Of a stretch of 64,000 nucleotides of DNA, positions 46,911 to 59,069 are shown piece after piece. The stretch is from assembly GCA_051599415.1 (NCBI GenBank), contig AP039698.1, positions 186,001 to 250,000 on the forward strand. The letters run 5' to 3'. Numbering within the stretch: position 1 is the stretch's first letter; the number at the start of each line of letters is the position of its first letter. The notes under the pieces were generated by a model. The model was not told the origin of the DNA. It was given only the letters and a program-made list of their open reading frames with translations, and made no database searches. The position numbers were made by a program, and so were the translations under genes. The stretch comes from Savitreella phatthalungensis (Eukaryota).

Positions 46911-48260
46911 CTATCCACATTTGATGTTACCGCGGTGCTCACTCGGCTTTCTTCCGAAATCCTGCACGTCTTCCGTGTCGAATACATCCGACCCAGGTGC
47001 GCTGTGCGACCGTGATTGCTGGTCGGCGCAACTGCGCTGTGCACGAGATGCCCGCGTCCAGCCACGGTGAGGCCTGGCGAACGCGGGTTCGGGCTTTGCC
47101 TGGGAACGGCTCCATAATATCAGCCACGATTATACACAGGTAACAATCCATGAATTCAGGTGAAATTCCTAGCCACAGATTTCACTCTCACGTGCAAGAA
47201 ATATGGCCCGTGACCGCACCAGACAGCATAACAGAAACTATCAGGCACATATGCAGTACATGCGTACACTATTGAAATCTCATGCCGGAGATCTGTCGAG
47301 ATCGCGGTGGGAGCCTGTCGCACCGCATGTCTTTTGATACGGAGCGATCCAAGTCTTCGAACCTTGGACCTCCTGCTCGCTCTCCTGGATAGTTCATTAA
47401 CGAAAGAGCGGGCAAGATACACCCTCCAGCCTGTTCTGACCAATGCGGAGAAACATGGTCGTATCGATATCGCGAGATAGGGGACCAGTAGAAACCCTCG
47501 CATACCATCTTGCATGTCTGCCAAGACGGAGCCCTTGCGTGACTGAAGAGCTGACTCCAATCATCCGCGCTTGCGAATTTCGGAACACATGTTCCGTGAG
47601 CTCCGTGTCCGCGGCATCCATAATTCGCTTAATTTACCTTCAACTTGAGGCAACGTCATTGGGCGGCGAACAAATGGTTCGTGTAATGAGCTTCCCGCGC
47701 CAATTCCATCGGCAGACTTACCTCTGAGTGATCCATATGAATTGAAATTTTTCCTTCTGGCCTGATTTACCTTGGGACGGCATCCCTCACCTGCATCATC
47801 GCAGTGCTGGAATTCCGGAATTTTGCCCGACGAAGCTGAGGGTACCTGCAAGTTCTCGAAGTGTTACTTGAGTAAGACCAGAGAGAGTAATCTACGCGGA
47901 CCCTAGTGGACAAGATGGGCAATCGATCTGCAATACGGATGATGCGGACGGCGCCACCGAAATGTAACCGTCCTCTGTTCACTCAGAAAGCATACCCCAC
48001 GCATGTCGTCAAACTAGGAAAGTTCGACCCCAGCCATGGATGGTTTCTGATGTCTCGTGGGAGCCCCATGGGGAGATCGTACCGTGGAGATGAACAGCTT
48101 AAGAATCTGCGTAATCCCTCCCCTTTTGCACCGCGTGTGCCCCACAGATTCGTGCGAGAAGCCGGCATCGACCGAGAGCCATTGGGGTATATAAGATACT
48201 GTATCTCCTGAATCTCGAAAACTATCGCGACGGACGTCTGTCACTTGCTACCCTGTGAAG

Positions 48261-49361
48261 ATGTCCGACGACTCGCTGCGTAGGTTGCAAACCGGAGAAC
48301 TCGAACTCGGAGTTGCGGAGGCTACGCAGAGACATGTTTCACGACGCGTAAAGTCTGCTCCCCCGGCCTCTGCAGGGCGCTTGGCTTTCGAGCGTCGGAG
48401 GCCTCAGTGGCTTCGTGAGATGCTTGCTGAAGCATTCGGCGTATTTTTCTACGTCTTCCCCGGCATTGCAGCTGTTGCTGCTCAGGTGACAGCGATTTAC
48501 GAAGAGGCTCTGATCAAGAACTCACCTCCAGCCCCTGTGATCGGAAGCATCACGAACGTTGCTTTCGGCTTCGGATTCGGTATCGCCTTTGCCATCATTT
48601 GTTTTGCACCGACATCGGGTGGTCAATTCAACCCAGCCATTACCATTGCGTTCACCATCTTCCAAGGCTTCCCCGTCCGAAAAGCAATCCGCTACATTTT
48701 TGCTCAGATCACAGGTGCTTTCGTCGCTGGACTCTTCGTGTACGGCATGTATCGGCAGTCTTTCCAACTTATCATGGAAGCCGGAGTGCCGAAGCGTGAC
48801 CTGATTCAAGTCTTCTGCGCTTTCCCGCTCGAATATCAGACGGCCGGGTATCTCTTCTTGATCGAATTCTTCGTCGACAGCTTCATTGCATTTGTCATTT
48901 GGTCTGTGCTCGATCCAGCAAATCCGTTCATCGCTCCTTTCTGTGCACCCTGGGTCATCGGTCTCGCCTACACGTCTATGATCTTCGGCTTTGGCGCCAT
49001 GACAATCTCAACAAATCTCGCTCGTGATTTGGGCACGCGTATGGTCGCTGCAGCCTTCCTGGGCACGGAAGCGTTCACCTATAAGAGTTACTCGGCAATC
49101 TCGATCCTGGTCAATATTCCAGCTTCGTTATTCGCCATTACGATCTACGAGTTCGTCTTCCGCGACACATTCGTCGCCATCAAAGACGGGCACCTCTCTC
49201 ACCCTCATGGTCTAAGTGACGAAGATGTCAAGGACGAGATCGAGCGACGCGAGTCGAACACAGACCAGGCAGCATTTGCCTCGACGCGTCTTGGTCGGTT
49301 CCTCAGCAATCGACACTCTGGCGAGGATGCTCGGGAGCATTTCTCTGACCATGCGAAATAA
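48261..49361 (+). CDS. MIP-family aquaglyceroporin
   Basis: Six hydrophobic segments; SGGQFNPAIT and STNLARDLG. Confidence 0.9.
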   Translation: MSDDSLRRLQTGELELGVAEATQRHVSRRVKSAPPASAGRLAFERRRPQWLREMLAEAFGVFFYVFPGIAAVAAQVTAIYEEALIKNSPPAPVIGSITNVAFGFGFGIAFAIICFAPTSGGQFNPAITIAFTIFQGFPVRKAIRYIFAQITGAFVAGLFVYGMYRQSFQLIMEAGVPKRDLIQVFCAFPLEYQTAGYLFLIEFFVDSFIAFVIWSVLDPANPFIAPFCAPWVIGLAYTSMIFGFGAMTISTNLARDLGTRMVAAAFLGTEAFTYKSYSAISILVNIPASLFAITIYEFVFRDTFVAIKDGHLSHPHGLSDEDVKDEIERRESNTDQAAFASTRLGRFLSNRHSGEDAREHFSDHAK

Positions 49362-49427
49362 ACACACGAGTGAGTGGAGATTTGGTCATATAGTCATTCC
49401 AATTTCATAGCAGTAGCCTTGTTTGCA

Positions 49428-49946
49428 TCATCCAGACTTCATGTAAGCATCGATAGCTGTGCTGAATGCCGCAAAGCCGCCACAGCCTAAAGCCATTGCT
49501 TGCGGACCAGCGTTTCGTGCCAACACTGCTCCAGTAAAGCAACCGGCAGTCGCGCTATTGTACAGATCGTTCTTCGCCCGGTAGCCTTCAATGCAGCATT
49601 CGGATCCTGCGAAGATTGCGCCGACTACGGCGAAATTTTTGGCCGTGCTGTATGACTTTTTACCCATATCTCTGAAGCCAATACGCATTTGCTCCTTAAA
49701 CGGCTTGTCATAAAGTGCGTTGTCGGTGTTCTCGATCTGCATACTGGACATGAAGAGGCCAAACAGAGCTCCAAGACCGAAGCCGGCACCACCGGACAGG
49801 ACGGTTTTGAAGGCGCATGACTCCGAGACCGCATTAATGGACTGCATGACGTACGCCTGTTGCTCCTGTTGTGACATCGCACCGGCGCCATTCCCACGCG
49901 CCGGTGCACTGCCTGGCAAGGTGACATTGCCGAACGGACTCGACAT
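49428..49946 (-). CDS. TIM22: Mitochondrial carrier translocase Tim22
   Basis: ESCAFKTVLSGGAGFGLGALFGLFMSS, AKNFAVVGAIFAGSECCIEGYRAKND, GCGGFAAFSTAID. Confidence 0.95.
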   Translation of the reverse strand: MSSPFGNVTLPGSAPARGNGAGAMSQQEQQAYVMQSINAVSESCAFKTVLSGGAGFGLGALFGLFMSSMQIENTDNALYDKPFKEQMRIGFRDMGKKSYSTAKNFAVVGAIFAGSECCIEGYRAKNDLYNSATAGCFTGAVLARNAGPQAMALGCGGFAAFSTAIDAYMKSG

Positions 49947-50427
49947 TGAGATCGCTCAGAAGAGAGCTATGGCCCAGCAGGGATTTCAATCGTTGTCGTT
50001 TTTCACACAAAATCTTTGGTTGGTCATTCTGGGTCCTGATTTTGAGTATCGTATCAATATGCACGTGTTCGCGGCATTGTAGGTACAATCCACGGCGGAC
50101 ACAGCCTTGGAGCGCTGAGGTTGAATGTATGATCACCCCTGTCGAATTTGGGGTTGAACACTGGCGTTCAGAATCTTCGACACAAGGAGCGCCACTGCAC
50201 GGCGGCCAGGCACTTGCCGCTACACGACCACCGAACCATGCTTGCCAGCTTCGTCCCGGCTGAACGTTTCGCCAATGACGACCGCCTGCCTATAGGTTTG
50301 CAAGGACAAGCATAGCTTCTGCGCGTCATGATTCATCATGCTATCGATTGCTTACAAAGAAGTTTAATGGTACAAATGTCGCTTGTCGTGCTATCTACTT
50401 GTCGTTATTCTTGTCGAAACGCCCACA

Positions 50428-52329
50428 TTAGTCAGCGTAATAGGTGACATCTGTGCGCTTCGCAATTTGAACACGCGTGTTGTCCTGATCGAACACGACG
50501 TAGACGTTCTTCAGGAACATGATGCCCAAGATTCCGAAATTGTTGTTCCAGGCCTGAATGCCACTGTAGCAGTAGCCATTACCCTCGGGATACCATGCGA
50601 GGTCACGCACTGGCACGGCGTACTTCGTGCCGCCGAGGGAGAAGTAGACGTTGCGGTTACCGGCATATGCGTTCGACGTGGCATTGCAGAAGATCTGATA
50701 GTGCTGGCTGCCAGAACTTGGGTCTGTGCTTACGCGAGCGCCGGGCAGATTTTGATGGATGTTGCGAGCCATGGTCGGATCCAGCATTATCAGTGTTGTT
50801 CCCGAATCAATGATGACGGGTTGGGAAGGCGTCCAGCTTCCTGCCGTGCCGACCGAAACAGAGTCCATATTGACTTGCCAGTACTGCGGATAGCGCAAAG
50901 GAACATTGGTCAGAGGCCCGGAAACGACGCTCGAGTCATACCCTCCGAATGTCCACTGACCACCGCCGCCAGAGTTTTGCCATTGGTTGTCCTTGACGAA
51001 TTGCAAGCCGAAGACGCCCTTTGGAATGATCTTTTGAGCGACCATATTGTCGACTGGAGTGGCAGCGTTCTGGGTGCTCAAACTTCGGAAACCTAAGCCT
51101 AGAATACCGTCCATTGGGTTGGACATCAGATTCGGGCTCACCACATGTGCCACATCCAGGCTTTGTGCTTGAATCGGGGCGCCCGCGACGTTTACTGTGT
51201 CGTAGCCGACGTAGCCGGATGTCTGAGAGCCGTCGCCGTAGAGCAGAGAGAATGTAGTAGTCGTGTTCTTGAAGGTCGTCGATTTTGACGGATTGTACAG
51301 GTCGTGGCCGGAATTGATGCACGAGGGGCAGTCCGTGTTGAACATCCATAGATCAGACGAGCCAGTGTCGAGCAACAGACTGAGCTGATTGTTGTTGCTG
51401 CCAATGGTGACCTCCGAGAGGAACTCGGAATCGAGCTGAATGTTATCCGCTTGCAGGATCAGTGGTACGGAGCTGGTCGTTGTTGCTGCGCTGCTTGATG
51501 TTCTGCTGCTGCTCAGAAGAGTCGATGATTGGCCTTGGGAGGATGTCGTCGTGCCCAGCACAAGTGAGCTCGTTGTTGGCCTGACCGAAGACAGGGTGCT
51601 GAGAACATTCGGAGTGTTGAGCGAGGAGGATGAGCTTGGAAGAGTTGATGTTGTCGCTGGCCTACTGCTTGTAGTGGTGGTTGTCGTAGCTGGCCTACTG
51701 CTTGTAGTGGTGGTTGTCGTAGACGAGCTCGTCAACTTCAAAATCGAGCTCGAGCTGCTTTTAGTAGAAGATGTGGTCTTGACGGACGTCGAAGAGCTGG
51801 TCGTTGTCGTCGCTGGCTTCACTTGACAGATGGAGAGCATGGGAAAATATTTGCAATATGCCGGAACTGATGCGGCCACGCCTCCGGTTCCCAGGCCGCC
51901 GCCGGTCGTACCACCTGCGGCTGCGGGCTGTGTGTTGAACGAGCGACCACCTGCAGTCGTAGTCGTAGCTGGATTGGTATTGAAAACTCGACCTCGCTTT
52001 TCGAGCTGATGATCAGCCGGCGGAGTTGCAACGACAAGATATTTGGCATTGACAGCATTGATGGCATTGGCCACATTTGGCGTATAATGTGGATTCGCCT
52101 TGATCTTTACTTTCAGTACTTGCGGTACAATTCCGAGGTCGACGATCTCGCGCGGAGTGTCTGCGGCAGCGACCACAGGCGTAGCAGCAGCCGTCTTATT
52201 GCCATTGCTAGCGCTGACAATTGCTGCGGTGCCATCGCCAGCGACTGCACCCACTGCGGCTGGTAGCGCAGCAGCTTCGCTCACAGACCAGGCGAGAGCT
52301 ATGGCTGCGAGGTTGACAATCTGGACCAT
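50428..52329 (-). CDS. Secreted pepsin-like (A1) aspartic protease with a Ser/Thr-rich insert
   Basis: Signal peptide; LEKR Kex2 site; catalytic LLDTGSSDLW and IIDSGTT; YGDGS flap; GILGIMFLKNVYVVFD. Confidence 0.9.
   Translation of the reverse strand: MVQIVNLAAIALAWSVSEAAALPAAVGAVAGDGTAAIVSASNGNKTAAATPVVAAADTPREIVDLGIVPQVLKVKIKANPHYTPNVANAINAVNAKYLVVATPPADHQLEKRGRVFNTNPATTTTAGGRSFNTQPAAAGGTTGGGLGTGGVAASVPAYCKYFPMLSICQVKPATTTTSSSTSVKTTSSTKSSSSSILKLTSSSTTTTTTSSRPATTTTTTSSRPATTSTLPSSSSSLNTPNVLSTLSSVRPTTSSLVLGTTTSSQGQSSTLLSSSRTSSSAATTTSSVPLILQADNIQLDSEFLSEVTIGSNNNQLSLLLDTGSSDLWMFNTDCPSCINSGHDLYNPSKSTTFKNTTTTFSLLYGDGSQTSGYVGYDTVNVAGAPIQAQSLDVAHVVSPNLMSNPMDGILGLGFRSLSTQNAATPVDNMVAQKIIPKGVFGLQFVKDNQWQNSGGGGQWTFGGYDSSVVSGPLTNVPLRYPQYWQVNMDSVSVGTAGSWTPSQPVIIDSGTTLIMLDPTMARNIHQNLPGARVSTDPSSGSQHYQIFCNATSNAYAGNRNVYFSLGGTKYAVPVRDLAWYPEGNGYCYSGIQAWNNNFGILGIMFLKNVYVVFDQDNTRVQIAKRTDVTYYAD
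51656..51721. repeat. Perfect 33-bp tandem duplication inside the protease Ser/Thr linker
   Basis: gctggcctactgcttgtagtggtggttgtcgta x2, encoding TTTTTTSSRPA. Confidence 0.9.
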
Positions 52330-53435
52330 CTTGTCGTCTAGTGGGGCGCTGTAAAAGTCTTCGATCGGGAAAGACGCGTCTTATAGATGCTACTCGCGAG
52401 CACAACACAGGATTGTTACGCCAGCAGCGTTCACCGCGGGTTCTGTTTTCCGGAAATGGAATCTGTTGCTGGATCACAAGGGAGCCTTGCACGACAGATG
52501 TTGATGGCGGCGTGACGAGGTCACGACCGTGTCCAGGGTCGTAAAACGACCAGATCTTTGTTTTCATCTGGTCGTCCTTGCCGGCAATGGAAGCTTCCGG
52601 TAGCCAACATCATAGTCACATTCTGACCGAGGTCAGAGAAGTAGGCGCGACGGCTGGCAAAATCTGCTCGACTGCTTCGGGGCTGAAAAGACACAATTGT
52701 TTTCCGATCTATGTAAACTCGAATCAGGGCGATGAAAGGCTTCGCTGCCTCTCTGTTCCAGGACCGGAGTAGTATCCGGGTTTTTGGTTCACTGCATCCA
52801 GACTCGTCAAGATTGCATTTTTTGTTATTCTTCGTCGAACTTTTATTTTAACCGTGTTCATATTGAGAGCAATTGCCGGTTGTTGGACGGATGGATGGCT
52901 TGTTCCGAAAAACATCTTTCATAAGTAAATGTCGAGAATAATTTCTGAGACTGTTGCCCACCGTGGATAGAGGTCCAGCGCAATGGCCTGGAACGGCGTA
53001 AATCCTGATTCAGAAATGGCGCATTCACTACTCTTACTCGTGTCAGATTAAAGAACGAAATTAGGTCGACGTATTCTGCCGTAAAGTGCACCACTTGGCC
53101 AATCATCGCAACGACTCGCGACACTCTTGGCACACTCCGGAACCCGTATGCGGTCACGAACTAAATCGCGGATAATTCTAGTTCGCTTTTCTTCTCTCTT
53201 GCCTCGAGTCGCCAACATTACCACAAGTCTGCTAAGAATTTTCTTCGCCAATCTCCTAGTCCGGATGTGCAAAGGATGCGTCAAACACAATGAGCTCATC
53301 ATATCCTGATAAGTTTGCATCTGGCAGTTCGCAACGTACCTAGAAACGAAGTGATTTGTGCGCAGTCAACCGCATGGGCCGTGGGTACGCTTATCCCGAT
53401 CATTCACACTCGTGATTGTGGACGTGACGAGAACC

Positions 53436-56400
53436 TTAGTCATACTTGTAATACCAGGGCTCTTGAACGACCTCGTTGTTGTTGTACCGATGACCTCGCA
53501 CGCCGTCCCCGCGAAATTGCGCTGGGTAGCGCTGACCTGCCGGGATTTCGCTTTCATCGGCCCTTACATACGAAGGTTCCATGTCAATTGAGAAGTTGTC
53601 CCCGACAATAAATTTACCCGTCTGAATCTCGGTGTCCGTAATAGTGGAGCGGTGCACGCGCGCGTAGCCAATGCGTTTCAGACCTCTGAGAAAGATATAC
53701 TCGCACCAGCGGTCCCAGTCTGAGGGCTCAATGTCATGCATACCAGTGTCGTCGGTCAGATGACGTTGCGGATATTGACCTGGAACTGATACGACGTAGC
53801 CAAGGAAGATGAATGGATTCTTGCTCTCGCGCATGATACGTCCAAGCTCGAGAGATTGCAGTCGACGGTCCTCCGGATCTTCCTCTTGTCCATTATGTGA
53901 CACGATGACATCGACATGTCGTCCGTACACATCCAGAGTCGCGTGAATCGCTGGTGCCAACTCGCCGACTGGCGAAGGCAGTAAATGGTGCGTCGACTGG
54001 ATGATCGGGAACTTGGAGAGCAGCGCGCAGCCCCACGTGTGCTTGTTCGGTCCCGGTCCGAAGTCAACGTACATACCGATCTCTTCGGCGATCTGCTGGG
54101 TCAAGTCCCGCTGTCCCATGATCAAACGCTGTGTATCGGTCTCGAGCAACCCTATGACGTCGAGTTCGAGCTCTTCGATAATCTGACGCATTCGTGTCTC
54201 ACTTGACCACATGTCATTATCGAGGCCGAAGTGGACAGTCCAAATGCCCGCAGTCAGAAGTCTCTCTTCTGCATGATATGGCTGATAGTCGAATGTCGGG
54301 AATCGGACATAGCAAATGACAAAGACCAGAATGGACAGTGCCGCGCTCACGAGTCGCAGACCACCGAAAAGGGCACGATGTAAAGCTGCGACCGCATGAC
54401 GATCAGGCTGATAAGAAGCCCGAGAACCAAAAAGCCCGACAGCTAGGCACGCGGTGGATACTGCCAGCACAATATCAGTGCGCTCACGAAGCAATGGCCC
54501 TCCCGGCACAAATGCGTATGCGACCACCCAGACATGCATGAGGGCGAGTATTACAGCAATGAGGTAGCCTAGGCCAAACGCAATGCCAGGTCGACCGCGA
54601 GAAGCATCGCGTAAGAGCTGAACGGTGGCGCCGCAGATACTAGACGCAAATGCGAGGCCTCCGATGTAGCCTGGATAGCCGGGGAACACGTAAATGAGCG
54701 TCAATCCAGATGTTACACCAGCGAGCCAAGCAGCGCGAGAGACGCGTGGATGCTGCAAAACACCACACGCAGTGCCGGCCAGCATAGCGATGATCAAAAG
54801 CCCTCCATGCGGAACCACGAGGGGGCCACGAATTGGGAAGCCGTCCCATATCCATAAAATGATGGTGCTCGAATCACTCAGCATGGAGTGCAGAAGAAAG
54901 AAACTGCCTCCGAGACCGAAAGCCAGGGCGCTTGAGTTGATCGAGCTCTGTGACGTCGGGGCTTCTCGCTTTGTCATGCTGGCTCTGTCAGACCGATGCA
55001 ATACAGCCACGGTGAGGGCACCAAGAGCTAGTCCGGTATGGTTCCAGCCGCCATTCAGGCTGTGCATGGTCGGCCAAAGAGGATTCAGGGTGTAGTAGGA
55101 GAGCTTGGCAATACTGTGGAGTGCCAGCCCGAAAAGAAACGAGACAATGTCGATGTCAGTGGCGAAAGTGCGACGAGAGCTGCTTGTGAGCTGCAAAGCC
55201 CAGTACAAAGTTTGGGCAATACATCCGGCAGACACGGTCAGTAGCCTGGCCGTGGGGTCGTGCACTTTGAATGCGACGACGCCGAGCAGTGTCAGGAGTC
55301 GAAGCAGTGTCATCTGAGATCGCAGAGCATTGCGAATTGGGTTGCTCAAAAGCAGCAGAGGCGCAACTAGAACGAAGTAGGACGCTTCGAAGCCGGAGAT
55401 TCCCATGTGCCAGAGCGGGAAATACCATATGAGGAGCGGCAGCGCGCTATATGTCGTCCATGAAAGATAGGAGAAGAGAATGCGTGCACAGAGGTCAAAG
55501 ATGAAGAACGTGTCCACCTGTGGTGACACATGCGGCAACGACCGTTGCTTAGCGCTATTTGCAGTATCAGTAGCCGATCACGAAGCGGTCTCGAGCCACT
55601 GGAGGGGATTGTCACGCACTTTTGCTTCTCCTCGACAGCCGATGATGATCTCAGCGACCTACGTGACAGCGTGAGTCTATGGCAACAATGACGAACTCGT
55701 GTCAAGGTACCTTTTGAAGCCAGAAGCCAAGCGGATGTCGACGTCAAAACGTTCGAATTCAGTCGCCGCGCTTGCGTCGAAGGCCACGTCGTAGATGATG
55801 AGCGACCATTCGAAGAATGCGTAAATTGTGTATGCTTCGATCGTCAGTATATACAGCGTTCCGGGGGTGAGCCACGATGAGCATACCTCCTGCCTTTTTG
55901 TGAACTTTATGCTGGATGAAGAAGTAAATGAGGGGCACGATCGAGCCGAAGAAGAGTATGCTAAACAATCGACGGCGACGATAGCCAGGAGATCCGACGG
56001 GCGTGATTTTGAGACAGCCCAGCTGCCACGGAATTGTCAGCACTAGGTAAGTGATCATGAATATATCGTGCCAGTCGTGATCGTCCGTCGACGTGACGTA
56101 CACCCAACCGCCACAGGATAGTGTGCGAATCAGGCCGGCGACGAGGACGAGGGCTGGCACGCGCCCAGGCTGCTCCCGGCTGATCAAGTACCAAAGCGCG
56201 CATATTGCAAAACGGGGCCCGCTGGTAATAGCAATGAAGACTTGAAATATGCTTCGTTCGGGATACCAATCGCCAATAGTGGCAGATACTGACGGAAACC
56301 ACTCTTGGGGATAGCCGTAATGCTCATTCTGGACAATCTGATCAGTCAGCAAGCTTGATAGACGTCATGCGTAGCCGCTGAACTGACTTTGGTATAATGC

Positions 56401-56551
56401 AGCATCAGACCAACGAGGAGCGCTCCGAAGAAACCGCCGTAGGCCAGCGCAGTATGCGCATGGGCAATCCATTTGCCTAAAAATTAGTCGAAGCTCTCAG
56501 TGTGTATGTAGACTCACCATTGACCGACACGAGCACGTCCCGGCCCGTCAT
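53436..56551 (-). CDS. CWH43: GPI lipid remodelase Cwh43 (Frag1/PGAP2 plus PGAP2IP); introns 56517-56477, 56387-56338, 55886-55835, 55710-55659, 55619-55555
   Basis: IVQNEHYGYPQEWFPSVSATIGD, YVTSTDDHDWHD, AYTIYAFFEW, GIWTVHFGLDN, HNGQEEDPEDRRLQ, RWCEYI, ITDTEIQ. Five GT-AG introns join the frames consistently. Confidence 0.93.
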
Positions 56552-56719
56552 ACTTGTCGAAGCTTGAGCTGTCGTGTCGCGTCTTTTTATTGCCGAGGTC
56601 GTCTCAATACGCGTGATGCTTGCACGATCCACTGCTGATCGCGAATCTTGCTCAATGCTATGCCCACCCTAACTGCGCAACTGACTATGTGTTTCGAATA
56701 TAAGTAAAATGCTAGGTGA

Positions 56720-56807
56720 CATCTCAATGATGAATTGAGGAAACTAATAAATCATGAATATCTCATTTCGGTGCTTTGCTCAGCGTATCACCACTGACGA
56801 GAAGATG
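56720..56807 (+). ncRNA. Candidate box C/D snoRNA
   Basis: ATGATGA at 56727, CTGA at 56794, terminal complementarity TCTC/GAGA and CATCT/AGATG; no target recognised. Confidence 0.3.
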
Positions 56808-56886
56808 CACGTCCGATCAAATAGGCTAGAGTCTATCTGACTTGAATGACCGTGCCTGGAGAGGCGCTGGAATTTCCGGGCTAGCT

Positions 56887-58071
56887 ATGTCACGCAAGTC
56901 GCAGTACTTTCTCGAGCAGTCCTTGCCTGAGCTTCTGGATCTAGTAGACCGCGGCTTGTTCACGAAAGACGAAGTCCGCCGTATCGCTCGCAAGCGTGCG
57001 TCCTTCGAAGAAGCGCTTTCGCGACCGATTGCGCGCAAAAGTGATTTCCTGCTTTATATCGAGTATGAGCTCAATCTCGATGCTCTTCGTGTTGTAAGAT
57101 CTCGTGCTAAAGGCCCTGCGAAACGATCTATAAGTGACTGGGCGATACATCGGCGCATCAATTTCATCTTCGAACGAGCACTGAATAAGTTTGAGGGCGA
57201 CATCAATCTATGGCTTCAGTGGGCACAATACTGCCATGAGCAAGACTCTCCCCGACAATTGAATCGCATTTTTGCTCGTGCGCTGCAGCTGCACCCGACC
57301 TCGGCCCAGCTCTGGGTGACAGCCTCTTCTCATGAATGGCTCGATAATGGTAACATGACAGCCGCTCGTAACCTTGCACTGCGTGGGCAAAGGCACAATC
57401 CTGGTGACGAGCGACTGGTGGTATGGCACTACAATCTGGAGTTATCTTTCGCGCGTCAGCTGGTTCGCCGCCGTGCAGCACTAGGCATCGATTTTACCGA
57501 GCTCAAAGTTGCGACAGAGGTGGACGATGCACTGGACGATCGGCGCCAAGCCTCGGGTTCGAAAAGTAGCCTGGAGAATATTGCTGCAGGCGCCCTGGCT
57601 AATATTGTCTTGGGGAATCAGGGAAAAGTAGAGTCGCCGTCACTTTGGCGCGCTCTTTACAATGTTACTCGTAACTTCCCAGATCTGGCGCTTTATTCGA
57701 CCCTATTAAGCACCTGTCGGCAGCGCCTGCCTGATCAGGACGTAACTGGATGTTTAGACAGGCTAGATCAAGCCTGTGGACATTCGCGCCATGCTATCGT
57801 GACAGAGCTGGAGCTGATTTCAGAGAGAAGTAAGAACATGCTTCTGCCCCACATCGAAAGCGTCGTCGCTCGTATCGCTGAACTTCGACAAATTGTCAGC
57901 GATTCCGAGCTGGGCTCCCTCTTTGATCACGTCCTAGCTGACCTCCTCGCTCGGCAGTTGGCTCGCAGGGATAAGACTACCCCTGTGGCTGAGCTGTGGA
58001 TGCGGGTAGCATGCGATAGCCGCTTCCTCACCTTCGAGCAGGGAATCGGAAATTCTCCTGTTCAAGGATAA
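56887..58071 (+). CDS. UTP6: U3 snoRNA-associated protein Utp6 (HAT repeats); 3' end may be spliced
   Basis: QYFLEQSLPELLDL..GLFTKDEVRRIARKRASFE, DFLLYIEYELNL, IFERALNKF, ALQLHP. Confidence 0.88.
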   Translation: MSRKSQYFLEQSLPELLDLVDRGLFTKDEVRRIARKRASFEEALSRPIARKSDFLLYIEYELNLDALRVVRSRAKGPAKRSISDWAIHRRINFIFERALNKFEGDINLWLQWAQYCHEQDSPRQLNRIFARALQLHPTSAQLWVTASSHEWLDNGNMTAARNLALRGQRHNPGDERLVVWHYNLELSFARQLVRRRAALGIDFTELKVATEVDDALDDRRQASGSKSSLENIAAGALANIVLGNQGKVESPSLWRALYNVTRNFPDLALYSTLLSTCRQRLPDQDVTGCLDRLDQACGHSRHAIVTELELISERSKNMLLPHIESVVARIAELRQIVSDSELGSLFDHVLADLLARQLARRDKTTPVAELWMRVACDSRFLTFEQGIGNSPVQG

Positions 58072-58645
58072 TGCGACAGTTCACTCCGATCATGTGCTTC
58101 GCTTGACCGAATCTACTATCTTGGTCATCATCTCGGGATTATAGAATTACCATGGCGGAAAGCTTGCGTCGTATACGATCACGATCGCTTTCGTACGGCG
58201 CCCAATCATCAAGTGACGACCAGATGTAATAAGCAACTCACGAATTAGAACCGATAAGGCCTGTAGACGTTGCAAATCCCAACGTGTGTATCCTGATCAG
58301 GCAGCAAAGCGGTTGGTGCATCACATGTGTGTCTCGATACTTGCGCTCAAGAGGGCCTTGCGATCATTGCAAATGTTCTTGTTGTCGATATTGATCTGTA
58401 TGTGTTTGCTATCACGTCCGCAGACACTTGGTATATCGTCACGATCGCGTGTCTCTTGTGGTCTCAAGAACGGCTACCAGCAATTTGATTGTCTGCAACT
58501 GTGCTCACACTGGTGATCCCTTGCACGCCGTACGCATACAGCATGCTGCGTCATGCAACGTCTCATGTCAGCAGACACGAGGCAAGGATGAAACATACTG
58601 ATTGCACGGATTAGCTCAAGTTCGTGACGATTATCCTTTGTAGTT

Positions 58646-59069
58646 GTCACGGCCGGTCGATGGCCCAGGTCGATTGTATACGCTTTGTACACAATGCCGT
58701 CACTTCCACAATCACTCGGTCTACACATGACAAGATAGTAGCCCCGTATGGAGCTGTTGAATAGTATCATTCTGTTCTAGGTCCTGGTGTTGGTGATATC
58801 TGGCATGCCGCCTCCATACGGCGTGTCGCGTCCTCTTGTACTCCCCCTACCGACCTGCCACGTCAGCAGAGTTGTGGTATGTATCAGATATAGCATGGTT
58901 GGTGCCACTGCCTAGGCCGTCTCTCGTAGTCCCTCCGTGTCTGTTCGTGCTTGTTCGTGTCTCTCCGTGTTCCTCGGTGGACTCCGTCTGTGTCCTCCTG
59001 TGTCGTCTGTCTCGTGTCTGTAACGCTTCGTCCGTCGCTCTCGGGTCCTGCGGCCGTCCTCCGCGACAG
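58646..59069. repeat. Diverged direct repeat, copy A (probable transposon relic)
   Basis: Aligns to 60628-61048; 116/140 identical without gaps over 58671-58810 (hand count). Confidence 0.85.

Noticed and set aside
43829..52329. Desaturase, aquaporin and protease considered as a secondary-metabolite or virulence cluster
   Set aside because: They are interleaved with housekeeping genes (FCP1, TIM22), with no backbone synthase or cluster regulator.
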